A program made the position numbers and the translations under genes. From the NCBI GenBank assembly GCA_050575255.1, contig JBNZDD010013714.1, forward strand, positions 5,749,817-5,813,816: 64,000 nt of DNA, given 5' to 3'. Of the stretch, positions 1 to 14,220 are shown piece by piece. The first letter of the stretch is position 1. The number at the start of each line of letters is the position of its first letter. The notes under the pieces are model-generated. The model had not been told where the DNA came from. It saw only the letters and a list, made by a program, of their open reading frames with translations, and searched no databases. The stretch comes from Harriotta raleighana (taxonomy: Eukaryota).

Positions 1-2381
1 GTGAAAAGCGCTATATCAAATGCAAGGATTATTATTATTATTAGTGAATTGTGTTTAACTTCTCAGAGCTCTCGGACTGTTGCTATTTTTGCAAAATGCT
101 GAATACATTATGAAAAGTAATAAATGGACAAGCTCTGAAGCCGATTCAGATCAGTGGTGTGCTGTTGCATTGTGCTGTCAGTTAATTGAAAAAATGTCAT
201 TGCTTTCTGTCGTGACACTGAGCAAAAATGCTTTGCCTCTCAGAGTACAGAGAGAAACACAGCTTGTTTCTCTGTGATTGAAAGTGGCTCAAATCCTCCT
301 AGGCATCTGCCATTGACTTTCCGAGTCCTGGACATATGGCACAGTAAATGATTTGTATTTACAGTACAGCCAGGCCTAGGTAACGCATTTCATAAAAGTA
401 ATGTTTTGCAACGGTGCCCTGGTTTGTATTCCCAGTTCTCTTTCACTGTGCCATGTCTTGGTATCCAGCTATTCAGGCAGCCATTATCTTTTACAAATCA
501 TTGCATCTGTTATCTTCTCAGGTTACTGTTGACAAAGGGTTTGTGATGCAACCACCTATAAACTCAGCTACTAACTGTCTGACTCATTTATCCTGCACTG
601 GCTACTCTCATTAAATGGGGGGGAAAAAAAATTCTTTGATGGCTACTAAATCAATACAATATAACCCTTAAGCACTTAATGAGAAAGGTAACAGAAGGTA
701 TATATGCAATATCAGTGAAACCAAAACTTACTTGGGTCAATGTGCGTGTTTTCATTTGCAGGAACTGGCATTGATTTTAACTAAACAATTAAATCTGTCA
801 TTCAGGAGTGGTGTAGCAATTGAGGGTGTGTGTGTGGGGAGAGGGTTGGTGGGGTTGCAGTGGGGGCGGGGGCACTGCATTTATTACTTAATGCAGGTGA
901 AAAGTAGAAATTGTTTGATTGTTTTCTGGACACTTTAGAGGAACATCAATGTGACGATTGTGAAATTAATGAAGGCTTTTGGGTAGATTCAGTGAAGAGG
1001 ACTGAATAAACAATAGGATTGCTTCAGAGACCTGGCTATTGTATTTACTTACTCCGAGGGTAATAACACTTAGCATCTACCCTGTGTGTCTGGAAACCTA
1101 AGATTTTAAAATTGGAATACATAAGACTTCGTGTAAGACAATGCAAGCGCTGTGTCATTCTGCAAATACAACCTATCCTTTTGTACATTTTGAGTCATAA
1201 TCTTAATGCAGTTTATGGGACATTTTGCTCAATGTTCTTTGCAATAAAATATGCTGCGTTCTAATATATGTTGCGTTATTCTAAATGCATTTTAAATGTC
1301 CTGTTCAAATTGGAATAAAACCTTTAGACGTTTTAATGAAAATCATTTTCTGTAAGGGAAACCTGATTAAGTGTCACTAACTTCAGATCTATTTGAATAA
1401 GTAAATGTGTGTAATAACACTAAATCTATTATCCTTTGCCTTAGAAAACTAATTTTGCAAAAAATAGGCCCAACCATAATAATGTGAATTGAACCTCATT
1501 GTTCCATCCAGAGAGTGGATTAAACAATCTAGAAAAATATATCTTCAGTCAAGCAAGTAATAGATAGATTACTGAAGTATTCAAATATATTTTTTCCATT
1601 ACATACATCAGTTTTATATACCCTATTATGTAAAAAAAGTAGATATTGAGATATTCCTATTCTGTATCCAGATTTATTGTTTCAGTCACTGAGTTTTATT
1701 TTTCAATTCAATGATTTTACAATATACAGAAATGCCCAGTGAAAGACAATGGCCAATAATATCATTCACCAAATCTGTAAATTTAGAAATGTTTCTGGTA
1801 TTTCATCTGTTATCAATGTAGAGTGGGCTCAAGCCCTTCTTTGTTCTTATATTATATTCTAATTTGATTCAGAAATCCTATGCAATAAGACTATAGGTAG
1901 TCAATAAAATAGGCCTGCTTTGAGGGTTGTGTTTACCATGTGCGAACAAATTTGTAGAAAGGCAATTGCTTCTGTAATCCTATTCATTGGTTGTTAATTA
2001 CAGAATGAATTCCCTCTATACAGAAGTATTAACACATGGGACGCCTTGGGACGTCCTCCTGACGTGAAACACGCTCTATAAGTGTAATTTTGTTGTTGTT
2101 GTTGTTAAAATAATCTGCAAATTAGACTCCAATATATCAGATTACACTTTACAACACCTGACATTAAAGGTGCTCTACTCTTTGCTGCTGTTGTTGTTGA
2201 ACAGAGGTCTCAACTATCTTTCATGACGAAAGAATCCTAATCCCAATGGAAAATGCTATTTGTTCTAATACTTTAACTGACAAGAAATCCATTCAGGAAT
2301 TATTTCTTATTAGTATAGGAAGATACTACATAAGAATTAGAACAAAATCTTCAGGATGAGGTTCCTTTTATTCTCTTTTCN

Positions 2382-2586
2382 AATTGTCCGCCTCATTTGC
2401 TGGGACACTGCTGCGCGCAATTTGGATGCCGCGTTTCGCCCACAAATATACAGTCAATTTTCCTACTTTCTTTCCCCCGATCCCTCCCCCCTGCTCTGAT
2501 CCCTACTTGACTGTTCAGCGCCTTGGGACGTCCTCCCGATGTGAAAGGCGCTATATAAATGTAATTTTGATTGATTTGATTGATTG
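2382..2586 (+). mobile_element. SINE-like fragment sharing the Deu-like core but with a different L2-type 3' end and (GATT)n tail
   Basis: ctgctgcgcgcaatttggatgccgcgtttcgcccacaaatatacagtcaatt, then cgccttgggacgtcctcccgatgtgaaaggcgctatataaatg(gatt)n. Confidence 0.75.
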
Positions 2587-2967
2587 AATCTGGCCAACTA
2601 TTGGTATAACTTAATAATCCTTGTATGGATATAGCACTTTATCACATTGTTGAGACATCTCAAAGCATGTCACGGGATATCCTGTGAAGTGTAGCGAATG
2701 TGTGTTTTTGTGAGCAAAACACAGGGGTCAATTGAGCACAGTTCAAAATTGTTGGGTTGTGGGAAGAGGTAATTTTATATAGATTCAAACTGAATACAGT
2801 ATAGCCTTTATAAGAGGATGATATAAGCAGACCATGATAAAAGAAATCTTAATATTATCGGTATTCCATCAAAGAAATCCTTGTAATGGTGGACGGTAAA
2901 TATGTTCTGCTAATCTGCAAAAAAAAAAAAGATTTATATCATGATCTTGTAATTAACCCTCTTAAGT

Positions 2968-3302
2968 GTGGAGCTCCTGTGGCTCAGTGGTTAGAGCACT
3001 TGTCTTACATGCCTTACAAGCATGAGACCTGTGTTCGAATCCAGGCGGATCAGGGCGAAACCTTGGGCAAGTTTCCTTACTCCACATGCCTAATAATAAT
3101 CCCTCCAAAAAAAAACACAATAATAAAATTGGTCATTTCAATCCACGACTGTTTGTGGGACGCTGCTGTGCGCAATTGGCTGCCGCGTTCCGCCCACAAA
3201 TATACAGTCAATTCACTTTACAGTATATTCTGTGAAGCGCTTTGGGACGTTGATAAGATGTGAAAAGCGCTATATCAAATGCAAGGATTATTATTATTAT
3301 TA
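2968..3302 (+). mobile_element. Full-length tRNA-derived SINE (Deu-like core, L2-like 3' end, (ATT)n tail)
   Basis: A box TGGCTCAGTGG, B box GTTCGAATCC, core tttgtgggacgctgctgtgcgcaattggctgccgcgtt, tail gtgaaaagcgctatatcaaatgcaagg(att)n. Near-identical copy at 41755-42086. Confidence 0.92.
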
Positions 3303-6300
3303 GTGAATTGTGTTTAACTTCTCAGAGCTCTCGGACTGTTGCTATTTTTGCAAAATGCTGAATACATTATGAAAAGTAATAAATGGACAAGCTCTGAAGC
3401 CGATTCAGATCAGTGGTGTGCTGTTGCATTGTGCTGTCAGTTAATTGAAAAAATGTCATTGCTTTCTGTCGTGACACTGAGCAAAAATGCTTTGCCTCTC
3501 AGAGTACAGAGAGAAACACAGCTTGTTTCTCTGTGATTGAAAGTGGCTCAAATCCTCCTAGGCATCTGCCATTGACTTTCCGAGTCCTGGACATATGGCA
3601 CAGTAAATGATTTGTATTTACAGTACAGCCAGGCCTAGGTAACGCATTTCATAAAAGTAATGTTTTGCAACGGTGCCCTGGTTTGTATTCCCAGTTCTCT
3701 TTCACTGTGCCATGTCTTGGTATCCAGCTATTCAGGCAGCCATTATCTTTTACAAATCATTGCATCTGTTATCTTCTCAGGTTACTGTTGACAAAGGGTT
3801 TGTGATGCAACCACCTATAAACTCAGCTACTAACTGTCTGACTCATTTATCCTGCACTGGCTACTCTCATTAAATGGGGGGGAAAAAAAATTCTTTGATG
3901 GCTACTAAATCAATACAATATAACCCTTAAGCACTTAATGAGAAAGGTAACAGAAGGTATATATGCAATATCAGTGAAACCAAAACTTACTTGGGTCAAT
4001 GTGCGTGTTTTCATTTGCAGGAACTGGCATTGATTTTAACTAAACAATTAAATCTGTCATTCAGGAGTGGTGTAGCAATTGAGGGTGTGTGTGTGGGGAG
4101 AGGGTTGGTGGGGTTGCAGTGGGGGCGGGGGCACTGCATTTATTACTTAATGCAGGTGAAAAGTAGAAATTGTTTGATTGTTTTCTGGACACTTTAGAGG
4201 AACATCAATGTGACGATTGTGAAATTAATGAAGGCTTTTGGGTAGATTCAGTGAAGAGGACTGAATAAACAATAGGATTGCTTCAGAGACCTGGCTATTG
4301 TATTTACTTACTCCGAGGGTAATAACACTTAGCATCTACCCTGTGTGTCTGGAAACCTAAGATTTTAAAATTGGAATACATAAGACTTCGTGTAAGACAA
4401 TGCAAGCGCTGTGTCATTCTGCAAATACAACCTATCCTTTTGTACATTTTGAGTCATAATCTTAATGCAGTTTATGGGACATTTTGCTCAATGTTCTTTG
4501 CAATAAAATATGCTGCGTTCTAATATATGTTGCGTTATTCTAAATGCATTTTAAATGTCCTGTTCAAATTGGAATAAAACCTTTAGACGTTTTAATGAAA
4601 ATCATTTTCTGTAAGGGAAACCTGATTAAGTGTCACTAACTTCAGATCTATTTGAATAAGTAAATGTGTGTAATAACACTAAATCTATTATCCTTTGCCT
4701 TAGAAAACTAATTTTGCAAAAAATAGGCCCAACCATAATAATGTGAATTGAACCTCATTGTTCCATCCAGAGAGTGGATTAAACAATCTAGAAAAATATA
4801 TCTTCAGTCAAGCAAGTAATAGATAGATTACTGAAGTATTCAAATATATTTTTTCCATTACATACATCAGTTTTATATACCCTATTATGTAAAAAAAGTA
4901 GATATTGAGATATTCCTATTCTGTATCCAGATTTATTGTTTCAGTCACTGAGTTTTATTTTTCAATTCAATGATTTTACAATATACAGAAATGCCCAGTG
5001 AAAGACAATGGCCAATAATATCATTCACCAAATCTGTAAATTTAGAAATGTTTCTGGTATTTCATCTGTTATCAATGTAGAGTGGGCTCAAGCCCTTCTT
5101 TGTTCTTATATTATATTCTAATTTGATTCAGAAATCCTATGCAATAAGACTATAGGTAGTCAATAAAATAGGCCTGCTTTGAGGGTTGTGTTTACCATGT
5201 GCGAACAAATTTGTAGAAAGGCAATTGCTTCTGTAATCCTATTCATTGGTTGTTAATTACAGAATGAATTCCCTCTATACAGAAGTATTAACACATGGGA
5301 CGCCTTGGGACGTCCTCCTGACGTGAAACACGCTCTATAAGTGTAATTTTGTTGTTGTTGTTGTTAAAATAATCTGCAAATTAGACTCCAATATATCAGA
5401 TTACACTTTACAACACCTGACATTAAAGGTGCTCTACTCTTTGCTGCTGTTGTTGTTGAACAGAGGTCTCAACTATCTTTCATGACGAAAGAATCCTAAT
5501 CCCAATGGAAAATGCTATTTGTTCTAATACTTTAACTGACAAGAAATCCATTCAGGAATTATTTCTTATTAGTATAGGAAGATACTACATAAGAATTAGA
5601 ACAAAATCTTCAGGATGAGGTTCCTTTTATTCTCTTTTCCTTTCAATCTGGTCTCTGGGATGGGGAGGACAATTGTCCCTTTTTACTGCTTGTCTCCTTC
5701 AGACCCATGTATGAACATGTGCTTTATCTCCTCTCTCCCATTCAAACACAATGTCGAGTGTCTCCAGAGTCCATATATTTAAAACTACGAGTGTAATAAT
5801 TTAACACACTTGAATAGTAGCCAGGTACGTTACATTATAATGAATGGAAATTGCCAACTGTATGTGGAACTCTCAGTAATTTAGTTTGGGTAGTCTTGGC
5901 CTGACAATATGTTTTTGTGTATGTTAGCCAGTGAACTTGACCCCAAAAAACCAAAATGTACAGTTATATCCCCAAATTACATCAAGCATCTTAATCTCCG
6001 AAGTTAGCACTCAGAAATAATTTTGAACCCCTTGTCTTCAATGGGGTGATGATAATAACAATCTGTTTACTTTTGAAAGCAATTTTATACAATGAAATGA
6101 TAAAGTTATTTAGTGAAATCTCTGCCTTGATCGAGTTTCACTCCATCAGGTGCCGATCGACTGAAATTGTTGCACAGAAGACATAGAGGCAGAACAGGAT
6201 CAGCGTTGGTAGGGTTAGTCACTCAAGGCAGTTGAAGAGAAAAGTGCATTGGAAGAAAATTTAGGTGTTGCAGAAGAGCTTTGCAAAATGCCCTTACATA

Positions 6301-8682
6301 CCCAGTCACAACTTTGATTCTTGTGGTTACAATATGTTTAAGGTTTGAGGGAAATTTCATTAGATGAAAAGGAGATAACGGCAACATTTTCATAAGGGTA
6401 AAATAACCAGAGGAGCCATGCTCCCTCCACGGGCAATGCAAAATCAGAGCCCACCCTTCCTCTCAATCTCCTTGGGGAACTTCTACATAGAGTTGTGCCT
6501 CATGGTGCCAGTTGTTGAAGAGCATCTAGAAGATTGGTGGTTTTCACGTGAGATATTTGTGGCAAACAAGAACTGAGCCATTCGGTATTGAGTCACTACA
6601 CTCTGTCAGATCAACTACCCAAATCACACTGGTTTTCAGACTGTGCACTTGGTATAATGTGTAAATTATTAAGAGGGGCTATCATCAACATCCTTTTACT
6701 AGATCATCTGATCACTGAAATCCGTGAATCCTATAAATACAAAAAATTAGCTGTGCCTTTTGAGATCAAAATAATTACAGTAAAATGAAATTGACTAATT
6801 AATAGTTTTTTCCATCATATATTGTACTTGTTTTTATTTGTGACAGTAACTTTACTCAGCGATTGTCATCTCTAACCTGTTACATTATTTTGCGGTTAAA
6901 TCCAACATACAAGATTTAATTGTATTTGCTTCACCAGAGGAATTTTAACCTCTTAAATTGCCTGCTGGCGAGGATACAAACACCATTGTTGGCATGACAG
7001 AGGCTGACACAGAAAGCAAAATTTCACAACCTCCAATGCCTGTAATGTTCTTCTAAGTTGAAGAATGGAGCTTTTGTAAAAAAAATCCTATGCTATAAAT
7101 ACAATTCACTAATTGTCCTCAAATATCTTTTTCTGTCATCTTTACTCTCATAACAAGTCTTTTTGGCACCTTTTGCCTCGCTTTGTTCATGTCTGATTGA
7201 TTTACTTGTGATTTCTGAGGCAGACTGTTTTATATTGCAGGGAAACCTTCTTTCTTTGATCGATGTATTTGTGTTTCAGTGAAGAGATTCTAGATGAGAG
7301 TTATTAGCTACAACTTTATCCAAATACTGTAGTTCTGTATATGAAAAAATAAATTGCTACAAATACTGGTTTTGAGATGAAAACCTTATTTCTAGGTTGA
7401 TTCTATCCACCTGTAATATTTTACTAGGATCTTGCATCTGGTGTTTTTGCTGTAAGCACAAACATTTAATTTCCCCTTTCCATCAAATTGGAAGGATAGA
7501 AAAAGAGTATCAAATAGTGTGAATTTGGATTAAAAATAAGACAAAAGGGGGCATTTAGGGTAGAAATGTAAATGGAATATTTTGAAAATGGTTGTTTAAA
7601 AAAAAGCGTATTTATTGTTTGTTACCTTTTGACTGCCTACCACACATCTTACCATTTATGTACATCTCAACCAACTTTCAGTCCTATTGACTGAATGTGC
7701 TGGTATTTACAAAAGACTACTGATGTCCATTGCTGTAATTGCCGTGGAACCATTGAAAAGGAGGTCATTCAGCCCATCATATCCTTTGGTGGTGCTATTT
7801 CTCCGCTGGATCTATTTACTCTAATCCCATTTCCTGCTATTTCCCTGCATCTTTTAATATATTTGATCGTATGATTCATTTAACCCTCACACAATTGTCA
7901 AAACTAAAGTGGCTGCCAGGAAACACTCAGCTCATGTTGTTTCAGGAGAATTCTTCATTATATTCTGGTTCCAAGCAATTAAATGAAGGTGACGGCAGAC
8001 AGGTAACATGTGAACGTTTTCAGTGTGTCATCTTTCAAATTTGTTCTGTGCAGCTCTAAGAAAGATACCAGCTTGTCTGTGGGTTATCCATTTATATTCT
8101 ATAATATTGGATAGTATTCTGACTGGATTGTTTGAATCACAAAAAGGTCTTTTAAGAATGGCAGATTATTAGTTGCAAAGTTGACATCAAAGTCAACAAT
8201 TTGACAAATTCTGGACTCTCTGAAGTGCTATGTAAATAGAATAAATCTAGATCCAGGTGGAACATTTCCCTAAGATTTCCAAATTGGCCTCTGCTAGACA
8301 GTAGTAGTTGCAACTGGGAATTTGCAGTTGGCCAGTAACTCCCCAAGGTGCTTAGTGGACCTGAAAAGATTAATTGCATTGATTAATTATTCTACCCTTT
8401 TGCTTTATTTGATGATTGTCAGCTTTATTTATGAGCTGTAAGACTGTGGAAAGAAGTTTACTGCCACAGCATTAAGCTGGAGGACCATTGACGACGATGA
8501 TGTAATCTCCTACCACAAGTTGCCAAAAGGAGTGGGAACCTTCCTGCTGTTGAAGACGAAATGTAACACGATGACTTGTCTCTTAAATACAGTAAACACA
8601 AGGGTTCAAACATTTAGTTATTTAGTAAACAATTTTATAGTGTAGTGTTCTTTAAATACCCACTGCACTGTGCTTGGGTATT

Positions 8683-9021
8683 TGGCTCAGTTGGTAAAGC
8701 TTTAGCCTTTGAGTTAGAAGGTTATTATAGATTCAAGTCCCATGAGCTCATAGTCCATGCTGACCACGACAACAACAACTTCGATTTAAATCCACCATCC
8801 ATGCCGGACGGCGTCTCAGAGCACTTGACAGTACAGTGCTGGGAGTGGTTGCATTTTTGTAGGTGATGTCCTTTAGATGAGGCACAAAGGTGAGGTGCTG
8901 TCCACCCATGGACACTGAAGATACAATGACACTATTTAAAAAGAAGAGAGTTCCTCCAGAAAATTGGTCATTGGTGGCTGTATGTGAGACCTGGTTTGCA
9001 CAAATTGGCTACTGTGTTTGC
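8683..9021 (+). mobile_element. Old DeuSINE-like element (SacSINE1/AmnSINE1-related), interrupted by a reverse L2-type tail at about 8765-8830
   Basis: tRNA-like head tggctcagttggta...agaaggtt...ttcaagtccca; Deu-like body ...gacactatttaaaaagaagag...tgcacaaattggct. Family assignment is from memory. Confidence 0.6.
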
Positions 9022-10435
9022 TTGGGATGAAATTTGAGCACTCAATGGGTGAAACCCATATTATTCTATGGTCTGTTTGGAGAATTCACATTTTTCAATC
9101 AATTAAAATAACGTTCCCAACATAGTTGACGCTGCATTTTTGGTTATCAAATTGGATATTAAAAGGCCTAATTAAAGAGATTGCTGGAAGCACAGTGCAA
9201 TCTCTGGTTAAACTTTTCAAGAATAACATTGTTGAAAATATTGAGGCTGACTTGCACTGTGCTGTTATCACTGTTGGGAACTGCTTAAGCTGTTCTAAGC
9301 TGTTGCCATAATTACTCACCTCCTCACCTTGCCCAGTGGGAAAACTATACCCCTTTAATAGGCCACATACCATAGGACACAACACATTGAATCTGTGTGC
9401 AGCAGCATGATTTATAAGAAGGGACTAAAAGAAACTTATAAAATTGTTCATCTGTAAAGGATTTGATCTAAAATATCTTGTGATTTTAATAAAAGCAAAA
9501 TTGATTCACTTGTACATAAATTGTCCTTGCTCTGTTATCAGAAGCATGCAACCTGTGAGGGTTCCAATGGATTATGTTTACTGTGTAAAATTGTTTTATT
9601 GGGCTGCAAACACAAAAAAGGCACTGATCCCATCAGTGAAACAAAAACATTGTTGGGGGAGTTCCCAGTTGGCCGAACCTGATAAGGATGTTACTGGCCA
9701 GGTCAAATGTCTGCCTAATGAAGATGAATGAAGAAAATCTCGTACAAGAAACACATGGTGGGCATTCAGCTCAGGTTATTGGAAGTGTGATGGGAGCTTT
9801 GACTAACATCACAGCATCATTCATCACTGTCAAGTTTAGGCTCTGAGAATTCTTTCTATAAATATCAGTCAAGCTGGTATAACTCTGCTTCATTTAGACA
9901 GGAAAAAAAATTGGTGTGGAGGATCTTGAAAACAGCTTCATATTTCATCATCTGAAATAGGGGAGTAATTGCAACACAGCAGTCAGATTAGAGATCACAA
10001 AACGTATTGGGCGGATTTGATAGCACAGCTGATAACTTTGACTTGTTGCTGCTTGTCATTGTGAGCTCCCTTCATAGTGAAAATTTCTTGAGCAGTTATC
10101 TCAAATGATCTCACTGGAAGAAAGGCATGGGTGCTACCTGTGAACCAACTCAGCGCTTTCAGTGTTGACATTTTAAAAGGTTTAAGAATAATTATTTTGT
10201 ATCTGTTACTACTGGATCAGATTCTTCCCAGTGACTGCAGCCAAGCAGCTATTAGTGAGTATCTAAAAGCCAAATAAATGAGGCTCCGAGTATGTTTTCA
10301 TGGGGATATCGGCTTTGGACTTCCAGAAAGCTCTGATCCGAGAATCACTTAAAGTGGATTCTTGATCTTTAGCAATGTGTAGTGCCACCTAATACATTAT
10401 TAGCAGAAGCAGCTCAGATAATAGGCAAAGTCATA

Positions 10436-10705
10436 GCTCATAGTCTAGGCTGACACTCTCAATGCAGTGCTAGGAAAGTGCTGCATTGTTGGAAGTGCCA
10501 TCCTTTGGATGACATATTAAACCAAGCTCCTATCTGCTTGTTCAGGTGGATGTTAAACACATCAAGGTGCTATTTGAAAAGAAAAGGCATTTTCTCCTAC
10601 TATCTTGGCAAACAATCCCACAGATAAAATTGGTGATTCATTTTATTGGTGGTTTGTGAGACATTGCTGTGTGCAAATTAGCTGGCATGTTTGCCCACAA
10701 AATAT
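10436..10705 (+). mobile_element. Old DeuSINE-like element body
   Basis: tctaggctgacactc...gtgctgcattgttggaagtgccatcctttggatga...caggtggatgttaaa...tgctgtgtgcaaattagctg. Similar to 8683-9021; a head fragment lies near 32835-32945. Confidence 0.65.
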
Positions 10706-11835
10706 TCTTCCAGCAATATTGTCAGTGCTGTAACAAATGCAAGGATTCAAATTTTATTGCAAAGGCTTGTCTAATGTTTAACAGTGAAAACTATGTTGCT
10801 GTTCTGTATTGATAACCATGCCTCCACCACTTACCTAAATGCATTTAGATTAAATTGATATGCCGAGTGAATATTGACTGACAGACCTAACCAATTGAGA
10901 AGCAGGTGTATGAGGATTTAAAGCAAACATATAGGACATGTGTTTCAATGATTCCAATTAATTTGCTATAGTCGTACTGTTAATCTTGAGCAACTTGTTG
11001 ATGGCATTTTGTAGACACATTTTTGGAAAGCACCCAAAGCTTTCTAATGCTGTTCAGCACAAGGCAGAACATCACTGGCAGTAAAACCAAGCAGCATAGG
11101 CACAAAGTGAAATCGTCTGGTACCGGGAAAAAAGCCAAGATTTAAATTAGACAATAACCTCTGATCTGTATATTGCTTCTATTCTTCAGCTGCAGGCAAA
11201 GTGATTTGTTTTAATATAGTCCGCCCTGTAGAATATAATAGACTGATTTATGAGTCATTGCTCAACAATATGTGTTTCTCAAATTTATATAGATTCAATA
11301 ACTAGTTGGTAATATTTGGTAACAGTTGTGCAAGCATGGATTGAAACGGACTTGTAAATGTGGCTCATTTGAATACTCTTTCTTATGTTAGTTGAGTAAT
11401 GGAATGTAATTTTATTTTACAAAAAAAGGATGAAATTGAATTATTAAAACAATTTCAAGGTTGCTTTAATTATTCTTATTTATATGGCTATAATTGACGA
11501 TGGTACAAAGCTGACATTTGGAATTATAGAGATCTTATCCTTGGAGCCTGCTCTATACAACATCTGTAAGTTTGCTCATAATACCTTTCAGTTGACAAGG
11601 TTTCCAAGAGGTTACTCGATTAGAAGTTGCCGTATTCCTGGGTATGTATTTTCTTCGTAGTGAATCAGGCTTTTAAAGAGCTGAGAACGTTCGTGGTGTG
11701 CCAGGGATTGTTAAATTCCTGTTTGGGACCTAAAATTCAACCAAGAATTGAGTCTCTACAAACTCCATTTCAGACAGGATCCAGCAGCCAGCAGAGAGAG
11801 GAACCTTTCATCCCTCCCACTAGTTTGCACTATAA

Positions 11836-12160
11836 GAACAACAACAAAATTACATTTAAAGAGTGCCTTTCACGTTGAGAGGCCATTTCAAAGTGCTGAA
11901 TGAAACTCTATATTGAATTAAGAATCTAACTTAAGTACAGTATCTTTGAAATTTTGAATAGGGCAGAGTGGGGGGGGAGGGAGAGAGATGGGAGGGGGGC
12001 AAAAGGCATGATCGAAGAGGAGGGTCTTGAAACCGGCCTCGATGGAGGCAAGGGAGGAAGCTGAGCGAAGGGACTGTGGGATGGAGTTTCAGAATGTTGG
12101 GGCTAGATTTTAACCCAGGTCCCAGAGATGAAGGGATTGTGTGGTAATATTGCATTCACC
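11836..12160 (-). mobile_element. L2-clade LINE 3' fragment in reverse (related pieces near 33538-33750, 34767-34935, 52566-52630)
   Basis: (aac)n aaaattacattta...tgcctttcacg tail followed by purine-rich body gggtcttgaaaccgg...ggagtttcagaatg. Confidence 0.7.
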
Positions 12161-12202
12161 CAGGATCACAATTCTGTATTTAATTGAGATTATTTTGATA
12201 TT

Positions 12203-12507
12203 GTGGAATCCTGTAGCTCAGTGGTTTGAGCATTCACCTTGCAAGGGAGAGACCTGGGTTCAACACCAGGCAGGGAGAAGCCTCGGGCAAGTTTCCTTAC
12301 TCCACATGCCTGATAATAATCACTTTTTAAAAATAAATAAATAAATTGGTCAACTCAATCCTGTTTGTGGGCACTGCTGTGCACAATTGGCTGCCGTGTT
12401 TCGCATACAAAATATACAGTCAATTCACTTTACAGTATATTCTGTGAAGTGCTTTGAGATATTAGAAGACATGAAAAGCACTATATCAAATACAAGGATC
12501 ATTATTG
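12203..12507 (+). mobile_element. More diverged full-length copy of the same SINE family
   Basis: Head gtggaatcctgtagctcagtgg, body gggcaagtttccttactccacatgcct, same 3' end. Confidence 0.88.
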
Positions 12508-14141
12508 AATCGCTTCTGAGAACTGCTCTTGATTTCCTTGTACCATCATCAGCATTAGAAACAAAACCAAGACAGAGGCACTGTGTGTGAAGTATCTTGT
12601 TCTATACTTATTTAGCTTATCATAAACCACTCGCAGGACACAATAATTCTGTTAATACCTTGCAATCAGATTTCCTTAAATAATATTTAAATTCATTCCT
12701 GATGTTTAAAAAGTACACACTTCACAAGAATTACACTGCAACAGTGAGGAAAAATGTATCTTGGACTGTTCTGTTCAAATAACACTTTCCAATCTAGATT
12801 CCAATATCTTGGAATTACACTATCTCAAATGTTTAATTATTTCATATGGTGTAAATAGATGTTTTATAAAGGTCACCGTGTTTGAATCTGAGGGATTGAA
12901 AATGAGTTTTCTCAGGTTTTTTTTACACATATAGATATTTACGTTTGCCTTTTAATACACTCTATAATGTTTAAGGACAGGAACGGAGTTGGAAGGTTTA
13001 TTTAAGAAGGGTTTTTACAAAACGCCATGATTGATGGTTGAAATTTGCAATTCAGTCAGACACTTTGACAGAGAACAAAAAGTGGTTCTGATGCAATACA
13101 AAGGGTATTAGCAAACAGCTGTCCAGACTTATGAACAACCATCATGTTTGACTTTGAATTCATGTTGGAATAAATTTAACAGGGTTCAGACTAACACAGG
13201 CCAGAGGTAGAGGAATTATTTGAATCTCCAGTCTATTTATCATGATTAGCCAGTTTAGCATCTACTTTGGAAAGTGTTATTTGAACAGAAATGTGGAAAA
13301 GGTCTGTGACTGAATTCCACAATCTCAGTCATTCTCAACTACTGGGTTTTCGTGATAGTGTCAAATTCAGGCACATTTATATATTTAAAAAAACAGATCC
13401 TTACTAGCTAAATTTAAATAACCAAAAATGATTAACTTCCCTATTCTTAATGTCTAGTACACTAGTACTCATAAACTGTTTTACTGATCTTGAACACAGA
13501 TGAGGTTGTTAGCAACTGGCTTCCATCTAAACTGACTCAAAAGATCAGAACTGCAATGGTCCACAACCCAGTCCAATTCAGAATATATTTAGATGAGCAA
13601 TTTGTTCAGCTTGTTTCAGTAGTTACTTACTGATTATTTGGGCTAAATAAAGTGCATTCTAGTATTTAATTGAGTATCAACCTTTTGTTTTTAATCTTGT
13701 TTTCACCAAATAATCTATAAACCTTATAAAATCTTATTAAGAATAAGAAGTCTGCTATGGGAACAATTGTAGCATGGATAATGTTGTACAATTTGACCTG
13801 CATATAATTTGTTTGTGTTGAGTGTTTTAAACAGCCAATGTTAGTGGTTATATTCCTTAATGACAGCATCAAACTGGGCCTGTGATTCCTCGGTGAGTGA
13901 GGCAGTATGGCGCTTCCTCACAAGGGAGCCTGGAATATCAGAGCGGGTATCACTCCTTTCAGAGATGTTAGAACACCAATCCAGGAATGAACCTTCTGTC
14001 TGCTTCTATTGCTTGGGTAAAGAGTGGTGTTTGAAGCAGAAGGAGTGTAGAGAGGGGAAATAAATAATTAATGCAAAGAATTGATTAAAATAAAAATCCG
14101 ATTAGCCCCAGTCTATTAAGATATCATATTTGACTTTGCTA

Positions 14142-14177
14142 TGTGTGTGTGTGTGTGTATATATATATATTTATATA

Positions 14178-14212
<35 letters not shown>

Positions 14213-14220
14213 GATATATA
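14142..14220. repeat. Compound (TG)n(TA)n microsatellite, present twice
   Basis: Direct reading. Confidence 0.95.

Larger units (their letters stand above)
1..5639. repeat. Direct duplication, 1-2380 = 3260-5639 (offset 3259); the first copy ends at a single N (2381). Probable assembly overlap
   Basis: Identical wherever compared. Three ORFs recur with identical translations at +3259. Confidence 0.93.

Noticed and set aside
822-872. G-rich tract with a GC box (possible G-quadruplex or promoter)
   Set aside because: No CpG island or other promoter context; such tracts are common in introns.
2968-3050. tRNA-like sequence with A and B boxes
   Set aside because: It is the SINE head: the anticodon region carries a duplication and the sequence continues into the SINE body.
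2886-3263. 125-aa ORF with a near-identical 122-aa counterpart at 41766-42134
   Set aside because: Both are chance open frames through copies of the same non-coding SINE.
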